Below are positions 1-7,265 of a DNA stretch of 64,000 nucleotides, one piece after another. Source of the stretch: Patescibacteria group bacterium (lineage in GTDB: Bacteria; Patescibacteriota; Patescibacteriia; UBA9934; GWF2-40-263); the NCBI GenBank assembly GCA_004297215.1, contig SCUM01000001.1:417181-481180 (forward strand). The letters run 5' to 3'. The notes beneath the pieces were generated by a model that did no database searches, was not told the DNA's origin, and was given only the letters and a program-made list of their open reading frames with translations. A program made the translations under genes and the position numbers. How positions within the stretch are numbered: position 1 is the first letter of the stretch; every line of letters begins with the position of its first letter.

Positions 1-679
1 GAAGATCCTCAACGTCGAGCGCGCGCGCCTCGACAAGATGCTCGGGAACAACGAGGTGAAGAGCCTCGTGATCGCGATGGGCACCAACATCGGCGAGGCG
101 TTCAACATCAATGACCTGCGCTACGACCGCATCGTCATCATGACGGACGCCGACGTGGACGGCGCGCACATCCGCACCCTGCTGCTCACCCTGTTCTACC
201 GCTACTTCCCGGAGCTCGTGAAGACCGGCCACGTGTACATCGCGCAATCCCCGCTCTACCGCGTGGCCGTGGGAAAGGACTTCCGCTACGCGTTCACGGA
301 AGAGGAAAAGATGAAGGCGGTGGAGGAGCTCACCGGCGCGGTGACGGCGAAGAAGGCGGAAAAGAGAGGGGTGAAAGTGGCCGAAGAGGCCGAAGTGGCG
401 ACAGAACCCGCCGGCGAATCCGAGGACACGCCCGAACAGGCCATGGTGGTGGGCGGCGTGAAGGTCAATATCCAGCGCTACAAGGGTCTCGGGGAAATGA
501 ACCCGGAGCAGTTGTGGGAGACCACCATGGATCCCGCCACCCGCGTGATGAAGCAGGTGAACATCGACGACGCCGAAAAGGCCGACGAGGTGTTCGACGT
601 GCTCATGGGCGCGGACGTGGCCCCGCGCAAGCGCTTCATCCAGACGCACGCCAAGGCGGTGAAGAACCTCGACATCTAG
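1..679 (+). CDS. gyrB: DNA gyrase subunit B, C-terminal part (5' end lies upstream of window)
   Basis: Frame is open from base 2. Toprim/C-terminal GyrB motifs are present: [23 protein letters not shown] and [21 protein letters not shown]. Ends TAG at 677-679. Confidence 0.9.
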   Translation, partial: KILNVERARLDKMLGNNEVKSLVIAMGTNIGEAFNINDLRYDRIVIMTDADVDGAHIRTLLLTLFYRYFPELVKTGHVYIAQSPLYRVAVGKDFRYAFTEEEKMKAVEELTGAVTAKKAEKRGVKVAEEAEVATEPAGESEDTPEQAMVVGGVKVNIQRYKGLGEMNPEQLWETTMDPATRVMKQVNIDDAEKADEVFDVLMGADVAPRKRFIQTHAKAVKNLDI

Positions 680-720
680 TTCGGCCGATGATACAAATCG
701 GATGTATGGAGAAGGATCGC

Positions 721-951
721 ATGTACGATTTTTCCGTGATGTTCCAGCCTGCCGAGGAGGGTGGATATGACGTGTTCGTGCCCGCGCTCCCCGGATGCGT
801 CACCCAAGGGGATTCGCTCGAAGAGGCGAAACGCATGGCCGAGGACGCGATCCGCCTGTACTGCGAAAGCCTGATCGCCTCCGGCGAACCGATTCCCCAG
901 CGCTCCGGCGAATTCGTCGGACACGTGCGCATCGCCGCCGAGCCCGCATGA
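721..951 (+). CDS. hicB: HicB-like antitoxin (UPF0150 family)
   Basis: MYDFSVMFQPAEEGGYDVFVPALPGCVTQGDSLEEAKRMAEDAI matches the UPF0150/HicB N-terminal fold pattern (GGY..VP.LPGC.TQGDTLEEA). An alternative start is at 688. Its stop overlaps the next start (ATGA). Confidence 0.6.
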   Translation: MYDFSVMFQPAEEGGYDVFVPALPGCVTQGDSLEEAKRMAEDAIRLYCESLIASGEPIPQRSGEFVGHVRIAAEPA

Positions 952-1166
952 CGCCCAAGCTCCCGATCGTTTCCGACAAGCAGGCCATCAAGGCGTTGGA
1001 ACGGGCGGGATTTTTCGTTGATCGGCAAAGCGGGAGCCATGTCATCCTCAAGCGATTCAAGGACAACAGGCGCGTCGTCGTTCCCTTCCATGCCGGCGAC
1101 CTGCATGTCGGCATCGTGAAGGAAATCCTCCGTCAATCCGGACTCCCGCCGGAAGAGCTGTCCTGA
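948..1166 (+). CDS. hicA: HicA-like mRNA interferase toxin (YcfA family)
   Basis: 72 aa: KALERAGFFVDRQSGSHVILKRFKDNRRVVVPFHAGDLHVGIVKEILRQSGL is typical HicA/YcfA. Translationally coupled to the upstream hicB-like ORF. Confidence 0.6.
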   Translation: MTPKLPIVSDKQAIKALERAGFFVDRQSGSHVILKRFKDNRRVVVPFHAGDLHVGIVKEILRQSGLPPEELS

Positions 1167-1227
1167 AAAAACCCGCCTCTTGCGAAGCGGATTCGAGACG
1201 GCGGGCCGAGAGGCTCGTCGTTTGCGT

Positions 1228-1602
1228 TCATGGCGTCTTTGCCGTGACGCGGCCCGTGAGGCGCCTGCCGCGCGCGTTCTTCAGCGTTAAGGCGTGAAGG
1301 ACGAACGTGCTTCCGCAGGTCGAACATTTCACGGCCGTCCCGTAGGTCGCATCGACCCTCATTAGGCCGAGCCCGCAGTCCGGGCACCACATCGCGCCGG
1401 AATCATCCAATTGCTGGACCATGACCTGGCCTTCCCAGACCGTAAGCTCGTCCCCGGGATTCAAGGAACGTTCCTGTCGCGCGTAAAAACGTTCCTTCCA
1501 CCACCGTTTGAACTTTCCCACCCGACCCTTCGACATGGGAAGCAAAAACTCAAATACCCCTTGGGGAATCGATGTGCTCGTCGAACGGCTCTCTTCCTGC
1601 AT
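1228..1602 (-). CDS. hypothetical protein with C-terminal CxxC...CxxC zinc ribbon
   Basis: ORF with natural amino-acid composition and CPDCG...CSTCG motifs. Start is uncertain (M at 1602 or 1536). Confidence 0.4.
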   Translation of the reverse strand: MQEESRSTSTSIPQGVFEFLLPMSKGRVGKFKRWWKERFYARQERSLNPGDELTVWEGQVMVQQLDDSGAMWCPDCGLGLMRVDATYGTAVKCSTCGSTFVLHALTLKNARGRRLTGRVTAKTP

Positions 1603-1723
1603 GCCTCAACCTCCACTTTCATCCTAGCCAACTACGGCGTTTTCGCAAGTGTTGACACTTCCCCGCCTCTCCTTTATCATTGCCCCGTCGCCCCGCAAGG
1701 GGGTTTTTAGATAAAGGAAAAAT

Positions 1724-1948
1724 ATGGAGGCTACTGCCGCCAAAACGCGCAACCCGATCCTCTGGGGGATCCGGTACCTGCGCGAAGCCAAGGAAGAGCT
1801 GGGGAAGGTCGCCTGGCCCAGCAGGGCGGATACCATCCGGTACAGCGTCCTGGTCGTGATCGTCACGCTCGGGATGGCCGCGTTCTTCGTCGCCCTCGAC
1901 GCGGCGTTCGCCCTCGGCCTGGAACAGCTCATTACCCTTTCGAAGTAA
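1724..1948 (+). CDS. secE: preprotein translocase subunit SecE
   Basis: 74 aa, single C-terminal TM helix (VLVVIVTLGMAAFFVALDAAF), immediately upstream of nusG. This is the conserved secE-nusG-rplK-rplA order. Confidence 0.75.
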   Translation: MEATAAKTRNPILWGIRYLREAKEELGKVAWPSRADTIRYSVLVVIVTLGMAAFFVALDAAFALGLEQLITLSK

Positions 1949-1957
1949 GGAGGTCGT

Positions 1958-2503
1958 ATGCCTAAACAGACCGCCAAGCACGGCCGGCGCTGGTACGCCA
2001 TCCACACGTACTCCGGCTACGAGGAGAACGTGTCGGAGAACCTGAACCAGCGCATCGAGACCATGGACATGGAGGAGAAGATCTTCTCGGTCCTGGTCCC
2101 CAAGGAGAAGAAGATCAAGATCAAGAACGGCAAGCGCAAGACGGTGGAGGAGAAGATCTTCCCCGGCTACGTGCTGGTGGAGATGATCGTGACCGACGAC
2201 TCGTGGTACGTGGTGCGCAACACGCCCAACGTCACCGGGTTCATCGGCACCGGCACCACCCCCACCCCGATCGCCGACGAGGAGATCGCGGCGCTCCAGA
2301 AGCGGATGGGCGTGAACGAGCCGGAATTCACGGTGGACGTGGAGAAGGGTTCCCCGGTCACCATCACCGACGGCCCGTTCAAGAACTTCGAAGGGAAGGT
2401 GGCCGAGATCGACGCCGAGCGCGGCAAGATCAAGGTGCTGGTCAACATGTTCGGCCGCGAGACCCCCGTCGAACTGGATTTCCTCCAGGTCAAGAAGATC
2501 TAA
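1958..2503 (+). CDS. nusG: transcription termination/antitermination factor NusG
   Basis: NGN domain (WYAIHTYSGYEENV) and KOW domain (GPFKNFEGKVAEIDAERGKIKVLVNMFGRETPVELDF). Confidence 0.9.
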   Translation: MPKQTAKHGRRWYAIHTYSGYEENVSENLNQRIETMDMEEKIFSVLVPKEKKIKIKNGKRKTVEEKIFPGYVLVEMIVTDDSWYVVRNTPNVTGFIGTGTTPTPIADEEIAALQKRMGVNEPEFTVDVEKGSPVTITDGPFKNFEGKVAEIDAERGKIKVLVNMFGRETPVELDFLQVKKI

Positions 2504-2560
2504 TAACTCATAGCCTGGTCACCCTGAGCTTGTCGAAGGGAATCCAGTCAAAAAAATGCT

Positions 2561-2983
2561 ATGGCCAAGAAGATCACCACGCAGATCAAGCTTCAGATCC
2601 CGGGCGGCGGCGCCACCCCGGCCCCGCCGGTGGGCCCGGCGCTCGGCCAGCACGGCCTCAACATCGCGGCGTTCGTGAAGCAGTTCAACGACGCCTCCGC
2701 CGGCCGCCGCGGAGAAATCGTCCCGGTCGTCATCAGCGTGTACGAGGACCGCACCTTCGACTTCATCATGAAGATCGCCCCGGCCTCCCAACTGATCGCC
2801 AAGGCCGCGGGCATCGCGAAGGGCTCCGGCAAGCCCAACGTCGACAAGGTGGGCAAGATCACCAAGGCGCAGTTGCGCGAGGTGGCCGAGAAGAAGATGC
2901 CGGACCTCAACACCAAGGACATCGACGCCGCCATGAAGATCATGGCCGGCACCGCGCGCCAGATGGGCGTCGACGTGGTATAA
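2561..2983 (+). CDS. rplK: 50S ribosomal protein L11
   Basis: [43 protein letters not shown] is a hallmark L11 N-terminus. Confidence 0.95.
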   Translation: MAKKITTQIKLQIPGGGATPAPPVGPALGQHGLNIAAFVKQFNDASAGRRGEIVPVVISVYEDRTFDFIMKIAPASQLIAKAAGIAKGSGKPNVDKVGKITKAQLREVAEKKMPDLNTKDIDAAMKIMAGTARQMGVDVV

Positions 2984-3012
2984 CCCGTTCATAACCCATT
3001 AAGCCCAGCCCT

Positions 3013-3360
3013 ATGACAAAAGGAGGCTCTGTCATCCTGCGCATCTACTTCTCGCTCGTGTCCTTCGTCACCCTGATGATCCTCGTGTTCTCGGTGTCGG
3101 ACCTCGTGAACCTCACCCTCAAGACCTACCTGTTCCCGGCCGCGGACCAGCCGTCGTACACGGTGTACTGCGACCCGTCGCAGACCGCCGAGATGTGCGA
3201 CCGCCAGCAGCGGGACGCCAAGGAGCAGGCGCTCGTGCAAAAGCAGCAGGACGCGGTGCGCGACCTGTCCCTGCTCATCGTCTCGGCCCCGATGTTCTGG
3301 ATGCACTTCCGCATCGTGTACCGCGACTGGATGGAGGAGAAGAACAAGAAGGAGGCGTAA
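3013..3360 (+). CDS. hypothetical small membrane protein inserted between rplK and rplA
   Basis: 115 aa, one TM helix (ILRIYFSLVSFVTLMILVFSV), good composition. No recognisable family. Confidence 0.5.
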   Translation: MTKGGSVILRIYFSLVSFVTLMILVFSVSDLVNLTLKTYLFPAADQPSYTVYCDPSQTAEMCDRQQRDAKEQALVQKQQDAVRDLSLLIVSAPMFWMHFRIVYRDWMEEKNKKEA

Positions 3361-3422
3361 GAAATTAATTCCGTGGGAGACCTGCCCTTCGTGAAGGGCG
3401 GATCGCCATCACCACAAACGAT

Positions 3423-4109
3423 ATGTCCGGCAAGAAGACCCAGGAAGCCAAGAAGCTCATCGACGCGAAGAAGAGCTACCCGGTGGATGAGGCGCTCGCG
3501 CTCGTCGGGAAGATGCCCAAGCGCGGGTTCGACGAATCCGTGGAACTGCACGTGCGCCTCGGCATCGACCCCACCAAGGGCGACCAGCAGGTGCGCGGCA
3601 CCATCGCCTTCCCGCACGGGGTGGGCGGCAAGGGCAAGCGCGTGGCCGCGTTCGTGGAGGCCGCGAAGGAAGCCGAGGCCAAGGAGGCCGGCGCCGACCT
3701 GGTGGGCGGCGAGGAGCTCGTGAACGACATCGCCACCAAGCAGGTCATTGACTTCGACGTGGCCATCTCGACCCCGGCGATGATGCCCAAGCTCGCGAAG
3801 CTCGCCAAGTTCCTCGGTCCCAAGGGCCTCATGCCCAACCCGAAGACGGATACGGTGGGCCCCAACGTCGGGAAGATGGTGGCCGAGCAGAAGGCCGGCA
3901 AACAGACGTTCAAGAACGATGCCGCCGGCAACGTGCACCAGATCTTCGGCCGCGCGTCCTTCGACCAGGCCAAGCTCAAGGAAAACCTCACGGCGCTCCT
4001 CGACCTCTTGAAGAAGATGAAACCGGCCACCTCCAAGGGGATCTACATCAAGTCCGCGACGATCGCCACCACGATGGGCCCGGCGATCCACCTCGATCCC
4101 AACGCCTGA
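3423..4109 (+). CDS. rplA: 50S ribosomal protein L1
   Basis: KRGFDESVELHVRLGIDPTKGDQQVRGTIAFPHGVGGKGKRVAAF is a typical L1 signature; 228 aa. Confidence 0.95.
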   Translation: MSGKKTQEAKKLIDAKKSYPVDEALALVGKMPKRGFDESVELHVRLGIDPTKGDQQVRGTIAFPHGVGGKGKRVAAFVEAAKEAEAKEAGADLVGGEELVNDIATKQVIDFDVAISTPAMMPKLAKLAKFLGPKGLMPNPKTDTVGPNVGKMVAEQKAGKQTFKNDAAGNVHQIFGRASFDQAKLKENLTALLDLLKKMKPATSKGIYIKSATIATTMGPAIHLDPNA

Positions 4110-4127
4110 TTCCCCCCCCTGTTGATA

Positions 4128-4160
4128 ACCGGCCGAAGGCCCCGCCATGGCGGGGTTTTT
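4128..4160 (+). terminator. rho-independent terminator after rplA
   Basis: ggccgaaggCCCCGCCatggCGGGGttttttcg: GC stem followed by a T-run. Confidence 0.6.
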
Positions 4161-4283
4161 TCGTTGTGTTAGGATGCGGCTTGGAGGACCCCCTCCTTTT
4201 TGTTTGTCTATGCGTGAGTGAGCGAGCGGAATGACCGAACATCGGGCATTCCCGAGCGAACGAACGCAATATGACGAAGTCAT

Positions 4284-5387
4284 ATGGCATCCCGATCGGC
4301 CGCCCTGGCTGCCCAACATATCCGTTCCCTGCTGCGCCACGGCGCCGTGCGCGAGGCCGACGAGAGCTCGCTCCAGCCCTCGAGCCTCGACCTTTCGGTG
4401 TCCGGCGAGCTGTACCGCATGCGCGGGAGCTTCCTGCCGCAGCCGGGCGAGAAGATCCGCGACATCCTGAAGCGCGGCATCCTGTTCCCCGCCCCGCTCA
4501 ACCAGCCGCTGGAATTGAACGGCATCTATTGGATCCGATTGAACGAACTGCTCGATCTCCCGCCGGGCGTGTTCGCGACGACGAACAACAAGTCCTCCTC
4601 GGGACGCATCAACCTGCAGACCCGGCTGGTGGCCAACGGCGTCTCCGCGTTCGACTACGTGCCGCGCGGCTACCGCGGAGAGCTCTGGCTGGAAGTCGTC
4701 CCGAAGTCGTTCCCCGTGAAGCTCTCCTACGGGGAACGTCTCAACCAGATGCGCTTCTACACCGGCAACGCGCGGCTCCCCGACGACGAGCTGCGCCGGG
4801 AATACGCCCGCTACGGGTTCCTGCGCGACGCGAAGGGCGAACACGTCCCCTTGCGCAAGCTCGCGCACCAGCCCGGGATCACCATGACCATCGACCTCGC
4901 GAGCCACGACGTCGTCGGATACCGCTGCGGCCCCACCATGGGGCGCCTGCTCGATTTCACCCGACGCGACCACGACCCGTCGGATTTCTTCGAGCCGATC
5001 CCGCGCCCCGCCGACGGCCAGTTCGTGATGCGCCGCGGGGAGTTCTACGTGTTCGCCACCAAGGAAGGGATCCGCGTCCCGCTCGAGTTCGCCGCGGAGA
5101 TGGTCCCCTACGACGTCACCATGGGGGAGTTCCGCAGCCACTACGCCGGGTTCTTCGATCCCGGCTTCGGCTACGGCGCGCACGGCGAGACGCTTGGCAC
5201 CCCGGCCGTGCTCGAGGTGTTCACGCACGACCGCGACTTCGTGCTGCGCGACGGCCAGCCCGTGTGCCAGATGACCTTCGAACGCCTCTCCGGCGCGTCG
5301 GAAATCTCCTACGGCGACCCCAGCCTCGTGTCCAACTACTACAAGCAGACCGGCCCCAGGCTCTCGAAGCATTTCAAGATGAAATGA
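4284..5387 (+). CDS. dcd: 2'-deoxycytidine 5'-triphosphate deaminase, long (~360 aa) form of the dUTPase superfamily
   Basis: 367 aa. Resembles the long-form Dcd family; recalled from memory, not aligned. Sits with thyX, dut and tmk in a dTTP-synthesis neighbourhood. Confidence 0.6.
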   Translation: MASRSAALAAQHIRSLLRHGAVREADESSLQPSSLDLSVSGELYRMRGSFLPQPGEKIRDILKRGILFPAPLNQPLELNGIYWIRLNELLDLPPGVFATTNNKSSSGRINLQTRLVANGVSAFDYVPRGYRGELWLEVVPKSFPVKLSYGERLNQMRFYTGNARLPDDELRREYARYGFLRDAKGEHVPLRKLAHQPGITMTIDLASHDVVGYRCGPTMGRLLDFTRRDHDPSDFFEPIPRPADGQFVMRRGEFYVFATKEGIRVPLEFAAEMVPYDVTMGEFRSHYAGFFDPGFGYGAHGETLGTPAVLEVFTHDRDFVLRDGQPVCQMTFERLSGASEISYGDPSLVSNYYKQTGPRLSKHFKMK

Positions 5388-5473
5388 AAAATGACGCTTC
5401 CCGCAGAGGGGAGCGTCATCCTGAGGAGCATCAGTGACGAAGGAACCCGTATGGTCCCGTCGTGCGTGCGTGT

Positions 5474-6682
5474 TCAGTCGTCCGCGGTGAGCTTGTCGAA
5501 GTTCGCAAGCAGGTACTCGAGGTTCCCGATGCGCTCGCGCAACGCCTTCGCTTCCGCTTCCTTGTCCGCGAGCTCGTCCTTGGCCGCGACGAGCTTGCGC
5601 TCGACCGCGTCCCGCGTGAGGGCCGAGGACGGCTTCGCCGGTTCGGGCGTGTCTGCCGCCGGTTTCACGGGTGGTTCGGCCGTCGCCGGAACTGCGGCCG
5701 TCGCGATGCGCTTGAGGTCCTCGAGCCAGCGCTCGGGCGGCACGGACATGCCCTTGCGCAAGGGCGCCGCGCGCCTGGGCGAACGTCGCTCGCCGTCGGG
5801 ACAGGCGACGAACAGGATCGCCCGCGCCTTCGCCTCCACGATCCTGGTCTCGGCCGCCTTGGTGTTCCCGGTCACGGACAGGATCCCGAGCTCCCTCTTG
5901 AGGATCGGGGCGAGCATCCCGAGGCGGGTGCCGACCCCCTTTTTGAGCCGCCCCTGCGCGACCTCGACGAGGACGCCGGCCTCCTCGGGCGTGACGTACG
6001 CCCGGTGCGTGACCGTGACGCCGACGTTCCCGCCTTGCACGACGGTGAGCGGCGCTCGCGCAGGCGCCGGAGGGGACACGTCAATCACCGGCTCCGAGAC
6101 CTTTCCCTGGACGCCGAGGTCGATCCCGAAGTCCTCCAGGAGGTACGCGCGCAGCAGCTCCCCGTTCACGGTGCCGTCTGATCGCATCGCCCGCCCGTTC
6201 CCGCAGTGGCCGGTCGACAGCGGCCGCTCGCTGAACAGGTGGTGGATCCACACCCGGGCATCGTCATGATCGCACGCGCCGTGAAGGGACCCGGCCAGGT
6301 CGATGCTCCCTCCCGCCTCCGTGAGGCGCCGCAACAGCGCCTTGTTCGCCCGCAAGGCCGCCGCGAGCGGCCGCGGATCGCGGAAGTCGCGCAGCAGCAG
6401 GTCCGTCGGCGGATGCGTGTGCTTCTTGGCGAGCTTGAGCGCCGTCCCGAGATTCAGCAGGCCCACCTCCTTCGCGTGATCGGGCACGCAGACCTGGTTG
6501 GACTGGAGCCACCGCTTGAGCGGCCGCACCAGCGAGTGCGCCTTGAACTTCTCGAGCAAGGCGTCGAGGTCCTGCTGGGTAAGGCAATAGTGAAGGATCT
6601 TGATGAGCATGCCGCCGTACCACTCGTTATACGGCAGGCCTCCGTTGCTGGAATGCCGATCATGACGATGAGACGTGGCCAT
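5474..6682 (-). CDS. hypothetical protein (402 aa), last gene of the thyX operon, C-terminal coiled coil
   Basis: Natural composition, unlike the S/R/A-rich antisense ORFs. Start MATSHRHDRH at 6680-6682. No confident domain match. C-terminus is a K/E-rich coiled coil (VERKLVAAKDELADKEAEAKALRERIGNLEYLL). Confidence 0.5.
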   Translation of the reverse strand: MATSHRHDRHSSNGGLPYNEWYGGMLIKILHYCLTQQDLDALLEKFKAHSLVRPLKRWLQSNQVCVPDHAKEVGLLNLGTALKLAKKHTHPPTDLLLRDFRDPRPLAAALRANKALLRRLTEAGGSIDLAGSLHGACDHDDARVWIHHLFSERPLSTGHCGNGRAMRSDGTVNGELLRAYLLEDFGIDLGVQGKVSEPVIDVSPPAPARAPLTVVQGGNVGVTVTHRAYVTPEEAGVLVEVAQGRLKKGVGTRLGMLAPILKRELGILSVTGNTKAAETRIVEAKARAILFVACPDGERRSPRRAAPLRKGMSVPPERWLEDLKRIATAAVPATAEPPVKPAADTPEPAKPSSALTRDAVERKLVAAKDELADKEAEAKALRERIGNLEYLLANFDKLTADD

Positions 6683-6793
6683 TCGCGTTCCCCTTTCCCT
6701 GCACGATGCAGGCCCACGATCGTATCGGATTCCGGCCGTCAAGTCAAGGGATGAAAAAGACCCCGCCTTTCGCGAAAGGCGGGGTCGCATCGT

Positions 6794-7249
6794 TCAGGCG
6801 TTGTGTTCCATGAGCCAGGTGCAGAGCTGCCATTTGAGGTCCTGGAGGGACTTGTACTCGATGACCTTCTCCACCGCCGGGTTCCCCCGGAGGTAACGCG
6901 AGACGTCCGCGCCAAGCTCATAACACAGGAGCACGCGCTTCCTAGCCTCCCGCGCCCTTTCCGCTTCCCCTCCCGCCCCGTGGGACGGATAGGTCGCTTC
7001 GACGATGAGCAAGTCCCGCGTCACGACCTCGCGCGTGTCCTCCCGGTACACCTCCTCCGGGGCCGCGTCTTGGTGCCGATCCGGCCGGGCGCGGTCGTGG
7101 GAAATGAAGGCGTCGATCCCGCATTCGCTGCAGATCTTCCCGATCCACTCGTAGGTGCGTTTCATCCGGGCCGCGTCGTGGGCCGGAAGCCCCCGGAGCG
7201 CTCCGGCGACATAGGCGGTCTTGATCTTCTTCGTGATCGTGTCTCCCAT
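6794..7249 (-). CDS. DUF4406 / nucleoside 2-deoxyribosyltransferase-like protein
   Basis: 151 aa. N-terminal KTAYVAGALRG resembles the (I/V)Y(L/I)(A/S)GP motif of the deoxyribosyltransferase/DUF4406 fold. Sits 17 bp downstream of thyX on the same strand. Confidence 0.45.
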   Translation of the reverse strand: MGDTITKKIKTAYVAGALRGLPAHDAARMKRTYEWIGKICSECGIDAFISHDRARPDRHQDAAPEEVYREDTREVVTRDLLIVEATYPSHGAGGEAERAREARKRVLLCYELGADVSRYLRGNPAVEKVIEYKSLQDLKWQLCTWLMEHNA

Positions 7250-7265
7250 CGGCTCTCCCTCCTCG

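Noticed and set aside
3126-5372. 748-aa minus-strand ORF across rplA and dcd
   Set aside because: Antisense shadow ORF. The plus strand carries L1 and dCTP deaminase with strong signatures.
5474-6682. Assigning the 402-aa thyX-operon protein to HD, PHP or calcineurin-like phosphoesterases on the basis of an H-x4-HDD...HH cluster
   Set aside because: Motif spacing does not match any of these families. It is left as unknown function.
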